Shown here piece by piece: positions 18,006-28,900 of a stretch of 64,000 bases of DNA (position 1 is its first letter; each line of letters starts with the position of its first letter). A program made the position numbers and the translations under genes. The DNA is from Thiohalomonadales bacterium. Lineage in GTDB: Bacteria; Pseudomonadota; Gammaproteobacteria; RBG-16-57-12. The notes under the pieces are model-generated. The model saw nothing but the letters and a program-made list of their open reading frames with translations, was not told where the DNA came from and did no database searches. The stretch is from positions 88,529-152,528 of the forward strand of contig JBNKQQ010000024.1 of NCBI GenBank assembly GCA_050295955.1. The letters are read 5' to 3'.

Positions 18006-21000
18006 CTAGTGGTAGGTCACGTTGATAGTCGGACGTTTAGACACCTTACCATATTCACTGGAACGGAATCGCATATCCTTTGTGGTTCCCGCTGAACGGA
18101 TAATCAGGCCGTTATTTGGCACACTGCCATCAATCCAGCCTTGTACCAGCTCAACACCTGCGTCATTGAGTACCAGTGTATGCTTCAGGGCATAGTGAGG
18201 TACCACTGTGCCGATCAGTACACCTTGATTCGCTTCAATATTAGCGCTGTTCCAAGTGACACTATCCTCGTTCCAACTACCGTTCATGGCATACAGGTTG
18301 TATTGATCTGTGCTGGTGTCACTGATGGTGAGCACAATCTCAGTCGCCACAACGTTGGCATTAGTTGGCATAGCGGAGAGATCCCACTTCAGCAAGCCAA
18401 CAAACTCACTGCCACTGCTCAAACCGTCAATCGTAACGTATTCCTGATAGCCATAATTGGTATTGGCACTGCCACTCTTGATACGGCTATCTTCGGTGCC
18501 GGTATAACCATCTACACCATCGGTAAACTTAGCCTGTGCAGGCATGGTTAATGGCGTACCATCCTTTTTATAGGTAACGGTAAGCTTCGGACGACTGGCT
18601 TCTACGGCGTCTTCACTTGAATCGAAGATAATACCGTTGATGCTACCCATGGAGCGGATCATCAGGCCGTGGTTTTCACCACCATCAATCCACTGCTGAA
18701 CCAAGGCAATACCGCGCTGGTTGAACTTAACCGTAGCGTTACCATTAACGCCTTCCTCGATCAGACCAATCAACACGCCTTGGTTAGCATCAACATTGCT
18801 GTTGCTCCAAGTGGCAGTCTCTTCTGACCAATTACCATTCATGGCAAACAGACCGTACTCACCACCATTTTCATAGATGTTAAGGCTTAGTTCAGCACCG
18901 GTAATGGCAACACCTTGTGGAATCGATGACACATCCCACTGCAACAGTGACACATACTCACCATAGTTTGAGTCATAGCCATCGGCTTGCACACGAGCAT
19001 CCTGACCATAGTTGGTGCTATAGCTACCAGAAGCCACATAAGTATCTTCGATATCAATCAGCTCCACGATGGTGCTATTGCCGTTATAGCCAAAGCCACA
19101 AGGCAATTGGTCACCCACGGTACAGAATCCAGAATTGGTTTGCTCGGTGGTGTTTTGATAGATATGCGATGACCAGTATGGCAGATCAACCGTTACCACA
19201 TCACCATCACGGGTGTAGATCTCATTCCAGTACTCGGTCATTTCAACAGACTGAGACAGATTGAACTTGAACATATTGGGTGAAGGAATATACGGCTCGT
19301 TACCCGTGTAGGTCATTTCAAAGTGACCACAGTAACCGCCATTCCATACGTTATGCGCAATGAAATCAATGCTCAGTTTAGAGAAGTCAGGAATGAACTG
19401 GGTATAACCCTGTGGCTCAGATTTACCTTTCGCACAGAAACCAAATTGCTCGTTATCCAGCGTCTTGCTATTGGCTTCAACATCTTGCATCCAGGATGGG
19501 AAGATAACAGTCACGTCTTCACCATTACGGGTTACCTCACCATTCCAGGTACCGGTAAATTCAGTATCCACAGGCAGTTTGAAGTGAACGCCATAGGGAT
19601 ATGGTCTGGCTTTATCGTTGTTGTTGGTGACAACGATATCCGCACAATAACCGGTGCTCCACGGATCCCAGATATCCAGCGAGTACTCAAAGCCTGCCAG
19701 CTCACTTTCAATCAGCTTCGCTAGCTCTGCAGGATCAAGGGGCGGATTAGAAGGCTCTTCACACACAGGAGGCTCAGCATCTTTAGTGGTGATATCAAAA
19801 GAATCACTCTCTGTACCCGCCGTCAAGATCGCTGAAACCATTGTGCTGTTTTCAGTAGAAGAGTGTCGACGCACTTCAACCACGTCACCCTCAACCGCGT
19901 ACTGAAGCTGATTCGTCCACGCACCACCGTTAATACGGCACTCGCCACCAATTACCGTCACTTCAATCGCTGTATCAATGCCAGTAATGGTTACTGCATT
20001 AGAGACATGCTCAAGATCTAGCTCAGCGTCTACCACATCCACAAAGGTGAATGGATCTGGTGTGATATCCGGTGCTTTCATGGTGGTGATATCAAAGCTA
20101 TCGCTGTAAGTACCCACGCTCAGCAGTGCACCCACCAGCGTGCTGTATTGATCCGATGACAGACGAGAAACCTCAATCACATCACCTTCAACCACGCTAC
20201 CTGCCGCACTAGTCCAAGCTCCACCATTAACACGGTATTGACCCGCTGTAATAGAGACTGGCGTATCGGTATTTACACCCATTACCATGATGCTATTTGA
20301 GGTGTAAGACAGGCTGATCTCCGCATCAAACACATCCACAAAGGTGAATGGCTCAGGCGTGGTATCAGGTACAAAAGCCTTCGTGGTAATGTCATAGCTA
20401 TCAACGTAGTTGCCGACAGTCAGTGTTGCCGCTACTTGTGTTGAGTGGGCATTGGCTGACATGCGCTGTACACGTACGGTATCACCCTCGACAACGGTAC
20501 CCGCAGCTGCAGTCCAGCCGCCACCATTCACACTGTATTCACCACCGACGATAGAAATTGGAGCCGGTGCGTTAATACCCGTTACCGAGATAGTGTTAGA
20601 GGTATAAAGGGAATCCAGATCGGCATCCATTACATCAATAAAGGTAAATGGATTAGGCGAGGTATCTTCATCTTTGGTGGTGATGTCATAGCTATCAACA
20701 TAGTTGCCAACAGTCAGGGTCGCAGCCACTTTAGTTGCAAAGGTATTCGCGGACATACGACGTACCTCAACGGTATCGCCATTTTCAACAGTGCCCGCAA
20801 CTGAACTCCATGCTCCACCATTCACGCGGTATTCACCACGCACAATAGAGATTGGTGTGGGTGCATCAATACCGGTAATGGAAATGCTGTTAGAGGTGTA
20901 CAGATAATCCAGATTCGCATCGGTAACATCGATAAATTTAAACGGATTTGGCGAGGTATCGGCTTTTCGAGTCGTGATATCAAATGAATCAGAATAGGTG

Positions 21001-22481
21001 CCGACAGTCAGAACGGCAGAGACCATGGTGTCATACTGATCAGAAGAGAGGCGACGTACGATGAAGGTATCTCCTTCAACCACGGTGCCTGCAGCAGAAG
21101 TCCAACCGCCACCATTAATTGCATATTCACCGCCCACGATTGAAATAGCCGTCGGAACATTAATGCCCCGAACCGTGATCACGTTAGAATTGTAATTTCT
21201 AAGCAGATCAGCATTCAAAACATCGTTAAGATAAAACGGTTCTGGGGTGATATCTGCCGCTTTGGTGGTGATATTAAATGGCGCACTATAAGTTCCCACT
21301 GTCAGCGTCACCGTGGTGGTAGTCGATGGCTGATCAGAAGAAAGGCCACGCAGCTGAACACGATCACCTGGGTTGATCAAGGCATTGCCCTTGAACCAAT
21401 AGCCACTGCCATTGACCTGAGCTTCCCCACCCACAACCGACATGGGAGCAAAACGGTCAATCTCCTGAATAGTGACTTCGTTGGAGTCATAGGATTGACC
21501 AAATTCGGCATTAGTCACCGGATCAAACGCAAACGCCAGTGGTATCGCATCAAACGCACGGGTCGTCACATTCACCGTATCGCTGGCTAAGCCAATGGTT
21601 ACGGTCATGCTAACGGTAGTTTCTGGCGTATCGGAAGATAGGCGCTTCAGAGTAACGGTGTCACCCTCTCCGACGAGGCCCTCCCCAGAATACCAAATGC
21701 CACTATTATTAATTTGATATTGCCCATCAACAATAGAGATGGGAACCCGACGATAAACACCGCTGACGGTTATGGTATTGGTTTCCATATACTGTTGAAG
21801 TGGCGCATTGGTGATGTCAGTAAAATCAAACACTGGTGAGGCAATGCTGGAGTCACCATCGCGTACCGCCCAAACATGTTTTTTTCCGCTAGTCGCATAG
21901 TCGTCCGCTTGCTGACCGTAGGTCACACCAAACCAAATCGCCTTATCGATAGAGGGCAGGTATGTATCGGTCCAAAAGGACATCGTAGAATTAAGCAGGT
22001 CAAGCGTTACATCACCAGAGGTTTTGTTGATAAGGCAGTAGGTTCCACTGGTGGGGCATTGCCCATAGGTACCATTTTGATCCCGCATGGAATGATTGCC
22101 AAGCGTGGTGTGGAACATGTACGCCAACTCCGAATACGCAGGGTTGGTATTGTCACCGCAATCGCTATTGTAATGCGTTAAACCAGAATAGCTGTCGCAA
22201 CCCGGTTTGAGGGTAAGCTCATCTTTGAATTTCGGTAGACGCCAATCTGTGTAACCGGCATATTCGAGGTTATCAACAAATGTTTTGGCCTCATGCCAAT
22301 TTAAACGCCCCCCGGTATCATAGCCACTATTTTCCACTATACCGGGATCAGCGATCCAAGTAATATCCTGGTCTGAGTCATAGATCAAACCACCACCGCG
22401 GTCAAAGAGTTGAGCGTGAGCTGCAGGTGAAAGCAACAAGGCAAAAGAGAGCGTCGAGAAGACCCCTAATTTACGGTTCAT
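18006..22481 (-). CDS. Giant secreted modular protein 2 (about 1491 aa): signal peptide, DUF1566/Lcl-like domain, about 8 Ig-like repeats, two CBM2 modules, two DNRLRE-like domains
   Basis: Preferred start is MNRKLGVFSTLSFALLLSPAAHA at 22481, with AGGGGG 6 nt upstream; the ORF track starts at 22502. The DUF1566 signature is ...ITWIADPG...LNWHEAKTFVDNLEYAGYTDWRLPKFKDEL. The C-terminal ~590 aa are co-linear with, and about 85-90% nt-identical to, the 3-prime end of gene 1. Confidence 0.85.
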   Translation of the reverse strand: MNRKLGVFSTLSFALLLSPAAHAQLFDRGGGLIYDSDQDITWIADPGIVENSGYDTGGRLNWHEAKTFVDNLEYAGYTDWRLPKFKDELTLKPGCDSYSGLTHYNSDCGDNTNPAYSELAYMFHTTLGNHSMRDQNGTYGQCPTSGTYCLINKTSGDVTLDLLNSTMSFWTDTYLPSIDKAIWFGVTYGQQADDYATSGKKHVWAVRDGDSSIASPVFDFTDITNAPLQQYMETNTITVSGVYRRVPISIVDGQYQINNSGIWYSGEGLVGEGDTVTLKRLSSDTPETTVSMTVTIGLASDTVNVTTRAFDAIPLAFAFDPVTNAEFGQSYDSNEVTIQEIDRFAPMSVVGGEAQVNGSGYWFKGNALINPGDRVQLRGLSSDQPSTTTTVTLTVGTYSAPFNITTKAADITPEPFYLNDVLNADLLRNYNSNVITVRGINVPTAISIVGGEYAINGGGWTSAAGTVVEGDTFIVRRLSSDQYDTMVSAVLTVGTYSDSFDITTRKADTSPNPFKFIDVTDANLDYLYTSNSISITGIDAPTPISIVRGEYRVNGGAWSSVAGTVENGDTVEVRRMSANTFATKVAATLTVGNYVDSYDITTKDEDTSPNPFTFIDVMDADLDSLYTSNTISVTGINAPAPISIVGGEYSVNGGGWTAAAGTVVEGDTVRVQRMSANAHSTQVAATLTVGNYVDSYDITTKAFVPDTTPEPFTFVDVFDAEISLSYTSNSIMVMGVNTDTPVSITAGQYRVNGGAWTSAAGSVVEGDVIEVSRLSSDQYSTLVGALLSVGTYSDSFDITTMKAPDITPDPFTFVDVVDAELDLEHVSNAVTITGIDTAIEVTVIGGECRINGGAWTNQLQYAVEGDVVEVRRHSSTENSTMVSAILTAGTESDSFDITTKDAEPPVCEEPSNPPLDPAELAKLIESELAGFEYSLDIWDPWSTGYCADIVVTNNNDKARPYPYGVHFKLPVDTEFTGTWNGEVTRNGEDVTVIFPSWMQDVEANSKTLDNEQFGFCAKGKSEPQGYTQFIPDFSKLSIDFIAHNVWNGGYCGHFEMTYTGNEPYIPSPNMFKFNLSQSVEMTEYWNEIYTRDGDVVTVDLPYWSSHIYQNTTEQTNSGFCTVGDQLPCGFGYNGNSTIVELIDIEDTYVASGSYSTNYGQDARVQADGYDSNYGEYVSLLQWDVSSIPQGVAITGAELSLNIYENGGEYGLFAMNGNWSEETATWSNSNVDANQGVLIGLIEEGVNGNATVKFNQRGIALVQQWIDGGENHGLMIRSMGSINGIIFDSSEDAVEASRPKLTVTYKKDGTPLTMPAQAKFTDGVDGYTGTEDSRIKSGSANTNYGYQEYVTIDGLSSGSEFVGLLKWDLSAMPTNANVVATEIVLTISDTSTDQYNLYAMNGSWNEDSVTWNSANIEANQGVLIGTVVPHYALKHTLVLNDAGVELVQGWIDGSVPNNGLIIRSAGTTKDMRFRSSEYGKVSKRPTINVTYH

Positions 22482-22914
22482 ATTGGACCCCCTAGTATCC
22501 AAATAACGCCGTTAGGTCATCCTTAACTATATGCGCTGTAAATGCGTGTATATCCTCCGCACCTCTATCCTTAATGAGACGAAAGCCATACAAATTTTAA
22601 TGTAATAACTTTAACACTTAGGTCATATCAAAATGAATAATATTTCTATAGTTTTGATATTTTTTTCTAAAGATTTTTCTTGAATGACCGATAGGACCTA
22701 TCAAATTGTATCTAAGAAAATAATATTTTTAATATTTTCAATGGCCTATTACTTAATCAGCAAGTCCTGATAGAGTTGTTGTTTGGATAATCTATTTTCT
22801 AAAAACACCGAGAAAACGGCAACATTTGCCCTCGCAACCACGATTTAAATGGGCCACTTTATCGTTCTATATCATGGACAATCAGCTCATATTCAAGCAT
22901 CGCCTCTATACAAA

Positions 22915-22950
22915 AAAGCCTCCCTTGATAAATCACCAAGAGAGGCCTGA
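22915..22950 (-). terminator. Rho-independent terminator of giant gene 3
   Basis: On the minus strand: GCCTCTCTTGGTGATTTATCAAGGGAGGC followed by TTTTTTG. Confidence 0.5.
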
Positions 22951-22953
22951 AGC

Positions 22954-25900
22954 CTACTTTGATTCAATATGACAAGGCAGTAGTTCACCTACTACACAGA
23001 TACCTGTTTCAATATCAATACTTCCGCCTTGGTTGATATGAGACAACCAGCTTGGCAGCGTGAAGGTCACATTGCTGCCATCACGGGTGTAGCTACCCGT
23101 CCAAGCATCGGTAATCGCCACGGATTGATCCAGTGTGAAACCGATGGCGTTCGGTGCTGGAATATAAGCATCGTTGCCATTATAGCTAGCCTGGAAGCTG
23201 CCGCAGTACCCCCCACTCCACTGATCCAGCAGGCTGAAGGTGAGATCAACCTGGGTGAAGTCTGGAACATAGTGGTTCAGAGTATTGGGTTCCGAGCCAC
23301 CCATGACACAGAAGCTAAAGCTACCATTCGCAGGGGCTTGGCTGTTAGCTGGAATATCGGCAGCGCCCGCAGGGAAAATCGCCGTCACGGTATTGCCATT
23401 GAGCTGCACATCCGCATCCCATGTTCCGGTGATTTTTGCCTTATTCGGCAGATCAAACTGCACACCGTATGGGTAAGCTTTTGCTTCATTGGAGGTATTG
23501 GTCACCACCAGCTGCGCACAATATTCTCGTCTGCTAGAGCTGGTAATATTCAAGGAATACTCAATCCCAGCCAATGAAGCTTGGATCGCTGCGGCTTGTT
23601 CAGCAGAGGTAGGCGCCTGATACGACACACTACACGCTTGCCCTACTGGAGCCGCCTTGGTGGTGATATCAAACGAATCACTCACCCCATCTACCGTGAG
23701 GATCGCAGATACACTAGCACCATATTCAGCAGCAGAGATAGCACGCACCTCTACACTATCCCCTGCGCTGACGGTTTGCACTTGGTCAGTCCACACACCA
23801 CCATTCACACGGTATTCGCCACCAGTGACAGAGGCTTCAACACCAATACCGGTACCACTTAAGGTAACGCTGTTGGAGGTGTATAGCTGACCCAGCTCAG
23901 CATCTACCACATCGCTAAAGCTGAATGCAGCGATCGCCGCCGCTTGTTCCTCTACGCGATAGGTTACTTTGAAGCTTGGGCGATGAGCTCTCTTGCGCTG
24001 CTCACTGGTATTGATAACAACACCATCAGTGGTGCCCATGCTACGGATCATCAAACCACCGTTGCCACCCTGTAGCCAGCTTTGAACCAAATCAACACCG
24101 GTAAAGTTAAGCTTGATGGTATGATAACCGGCACCTGAAGGCTCCCACGCGGCCAGCAGCTTGCCCTGGTTCGCATCAATACTGGCACTATTCCAAGTCA
24201 CAGTATCTTCAGTCCACCCACCGTTCATGGCGTACAGACCATAGAGATCCCAAGCTGCATCGGTCACTTCTACCGTGATTTCAGCACTGGTGATAATGGC
24301 ATCCGCAGGAATAGAGGAAACATCCCACTGCATCAGTGCTACCCCTTCACCATAACCGGAACTGTTTAGCGCAGCATCGCCATCAGCCTCCATGGTTCTA
24401 TCACCACCGAAGTTACTGGTCGGTACACCACTGGCTACCCAGCTATCTTGAGCGCCATTGTAGCCGTCCAAACCATTCTGGAAGGTCACAGTATATTGGT
24501 TCTCAATCTCAGTACCGTAGTTACAAGGCAGCTTCTTACCGGTCGCACAGAAGCCATAGATGGTCGCCTCTTGCTCTGGTGTCAGATGAGAAATCCAATC
24601 AGCACTATCAACGCTAACCAATTCACCTTCCTGCACAAAGTCACCATTCCAGCTTTCAGTGATCACACTGCCTTCAGGTAGGCGGAAGTTGAAGCGATCT
24701 GGGGTCACGCTATATGACTTGTTACCACTATAACGAGCCTTGAATTGGCCACAGAAGCCACTCATCCACTGGTTAGTTACTTCAAACAGTACCGCAACTT
24801 CTTCAAAGCTAGGTACGTAATGCTCAAAGTTAGTTGGCTCAGAGTGGCCCTCCACACAGTAGCCGAACGGGCTGGTATCGGTGGCACCGGCACCAATTCG
24901 TGACTGCCAATCTGGATAGATCACGGTCACCTTATCGCCTTCGCGAATCGCATCACCATTCCAGGTCTCAGGGCCATCTACACCATAGCGGAACTGAGTA
25001 TCTTCAGGCAGAGTGAAGATCACACCGTAAGGATAGTGATGACTGCTATTACCGTTGTTAACAACATTTACGGTTGCACAGTAACCGGTAGTCCACTGAT
25101 CTGTGATGACAAAGTTGAAACTCAGATCATCGATCTTCGGATCTTTCACACGACGTACGATCTGGCCTGGTGGTAGTTTCTTATAGCTACCTGGATCAAC
25201 ACAGGATTGCGGATCAACCGGATCATCAATGCCACGGGTGGTCACATCAAATGAATCACTCTGCGTACCCACGGTCAGGATGGTGGATACCGTTGTTTCA
25301 TAAGCTGTAGATGACGTCTTACGGACTTCAATCATGTCACCCGCGACAACCGTACCCACATCAGAAGTCCACGCACCACGGTTAATACTGTATTCACCAT
25401 CAACAATGGAGACTTCAACCGAAGCTTCAATACCGCTCACTGTAATAGTGTTAGAGATGTAAGAGATATCCAATTCTGCATTGAGAATATCAATGAAGGT
25501 GAACGGATCTACACCTGGAATATAGGCCACGGTCGTAATATCAAAGGCATCACTCACCGTACCGACAGTCAGTACCGCACTCACGGCAGTGACATACTCG
25601 GTTGAGGAATTGCGACGTACTTCGATTACATCACCGTTGAGGGCAACACCCACACTACTGGTCCATGCACCACCATTGATGCGGTACTCACCGCCCACGA
25701 TAGAGACATCTGCCTCGGTGTTGATACCAGTAATGGTAACGACATTGGAGACGTAGGAGGTATTAAGCTCTGCATCAAACACATCGATCAAGCTAAACGC
25801 ATTCGGCGTAATATCGGCGGCAATCGTAGTGATATCAAACGCATCGCTATAGGTGCCCACGATCAGTGTAGCAGCGACTGATGTGCTAAATTGAGTTGAT

Positions 25901-28900
25901 GAATTGCGGCGCACTTCCACCACATCGCCATCCAACACCGTACCTGCTGCCGAAGTCCACGAGCCACCATTCACACGATACTCACCGCCCACAATCGAGA
26001 TTGCGGTTGTGGTGTTGATACCGGTAATGGTGACCGTATTAGAGGTATACGAGGTATCCACTTGTGCATCAGTTACATCGATGAAGCTAAATGGCTCTGG
26101 TGTGATATCCGCGGCAATCGTGGTGATATCAAACGCATCGCTATAGGTACCTACCGTTAAGGTTGCTGCCACAGCAGTGCTGAATTGCGTTGAGGAGTTA
26201 CGACGTACCTCAACCACATCGCCCTCGACTACCGTGCCGTCAAACGACGTCCACGCGCCGCTGTTCACACGATACTCGCCACCAACAATCGATACCGCCG
26301 TTGCGGTATTGATACCGGTAATAGTGACGGTGTTAGAGGTGTATGAGGTATCCACTTCCGCATTGGTCACATCGATGAAGCTAAAGGCATTCGGTGTGAT
26401 ATCCGCGGCAATCGTGGTGATATCAAACGCATCAGAGAAAGTGCCCACGGTCAGTGTTGCAGAAACCTGGGTGCTATGTGTAGTTGATGAATTACGACGT
26501 ACTTCCACTACATCACCATCCACTACGGTTCCCGCAGTAGAAGCCCAAGCGCCACCGTTCACACGATACTCACCACCTACAATCGACACGGCGGTAGCGG
26601 TATTGATACCGGTAATGGTTACCGCATTTGAGGAGTAGGAAGTCTCTAATTCAGCATCGGTCACGTCGATAAAGCTAAACGCATTCGGTGTAATGTCTTC
26701 GGCCTTGGTCGTAATGTCAAAGGCATCGGAGAACGTACCCACGGTCAGCGTTACAGCAACGGCAGTACTAAATTGAGTTGATGAGTTACGGCGAACCTCA
26801 ACCACATCACCCTCTGCTACCGTTCCAACCACTGACGTCCATGCGCCCCCATTCACCCGGTATTCACCAAACACCGCTGATACGGATGTCCCAGCATCGA
26901 TGCCGGTGATAGTAACGGCGTTAGAGGTGTAACTTGTATCCAATTCAGCATCAGTCACATCTACAAAACTAAATGGATTAGGCGTGATATCCGGTGCTTT
27001 AGTGATAACGTGAAAGATACCTATTGCAGCATCATCACCGCCAACACGGAGCGTACAACTCACGTCAGTCTCATATTGAGATGATGAGGTGCGGCGTACA
27101 GCCACCACATCATCGTTCTCTACTGTTCCTGTCACGTTTGTCCACGTACCGCCATTGATGCTGTATTCACACACGGAACTGGCAATAATAATCGGTACAG
27201 AGGTATTAATACCCGTGATGGTCACGCTGTTAGAGGTGTACAGGGTGTATATTTCTGCATCGAATACTGTGTTAAAGATAAGTGGATCAGGCGTATCGTC
27301 TATTGCTTTAGTCGTAATATCAAAGCTATCGGTTTGAGTGCCGATGGTCACCTCAACCGAAACTGTTGTCCCAAAATTTGCCGACGAATTGCGACGCACC
27401 GTGATGGTATCACCCTCAGTAACGGTATCGTGTACTTGGCTGTATGCCACTTGCCAGGCTCCACCATTGATACTGAATTCACCGCCAACAACAGTTAATC
27501 CTGCACCCACTTCAGGGCCAGTCACAGTAATGGTGTTTGAGGTATAAAGCGTACTTAATTCCGCATCGGTCACATCTACGAAGCTGAATGGATCAACGTT
27601 GTTAATCGCTGCACGAGTCGTTATCAGGAACGCATCACTTGCACTGCCAATCATCAACAAAGTTGAGTTACTGGTTAAGAAATTTTCAGATGATAGATTG
27701 CGTACCGTGACGATATCTCCTGCCTCAACGGTACCCGCGGCAGTAGTCCAAGCCCCACTATTAATGCGATATTCGCCACCATTGTTGATGGTTATATTGA
27801 CCGGCACCTCTGGTCCACTCACCGTAATGGCATTGGTCTCATAATAAGTGCTCAGCTCAGCATCAGTAACGTCGACTAAATTAAATGCATCTACTGTGGT
27901 AACAGGCTGACGATTGAAGATGTAGAAAGTCGATGATTCACCACCAATGCTCAAGGTAGCAAACACCGTATCACCCCAATCAGGGCCAGAGATACCACGC
28001 AACTGAATCATGTCACCCTCAACCACATCTTGGTACCCCGTTACCCAGGGGCCACCGTTAATGCTGTACTCAGCCTGAGCATTGTTGGTCGGTACCACTA
28101 AGGCAGATGCAGTGGTATTGATTCCGGTCACCGTAATGGTATTAGATAGGTAGCTAGTGCTGCGCTCCGCATTGGTAATTGAATTTAAAGTGAATGGATC
28201 TGGAGTCGTATCCGGCACAAACTCTTTGGTTGTGATATCAAACGAATCTGAATAGGTGCCTACCGTCAGCACAGCAGAAACCAACGTGCTGTATTGATCC
28301 GAAGAGGTTCGGCGTACGATGAAAGTATCACCTGCCACGACAGTACTTGGGGCTGAAGTCCACGCGCCACCATTCACCGCATACTCGCCACCCACCACAG
28401 AGATCTCTGCGGGTGCATCAATACCCTTAACAGTGATGACGTTGGAGTTGTAATTGGTGCTCACTTCCGCATTCAGTACATCATTCAGGAAGAACGGATC
28501 AGGGGTAAGATCTGGGCCAACAGTCGTAACATTCACCACTTCTGAAACATTACCAATGGTGACGGTAGTACTCGTGGTAGTCGACATAACGGGAGCAGAA
28601 AGTATGCTTAGCGTTACCGTATCATTCTCACCCACAAAACCCGGCATAGCCGTCCACTGACCATCATTAATTTTATAGTAGCCACTGGTGACAGAGATCG
28701 GAAGTTGACGATGAATACCGGTTAACGTCACCGTATTGGAGGGCATATAGGTGTTCAGCGGTGCATCTATAACATCAATGAAGTCGAATACCGGATCCGC
28801 GATGCTGGAGTCGCCGTCGCGCACCACCCATACGTTAGCAATACCGTCCGCGTAGCCCGCATCCGCTTGCATGCCGTAGGTATAGCCAAACCAAATGACT

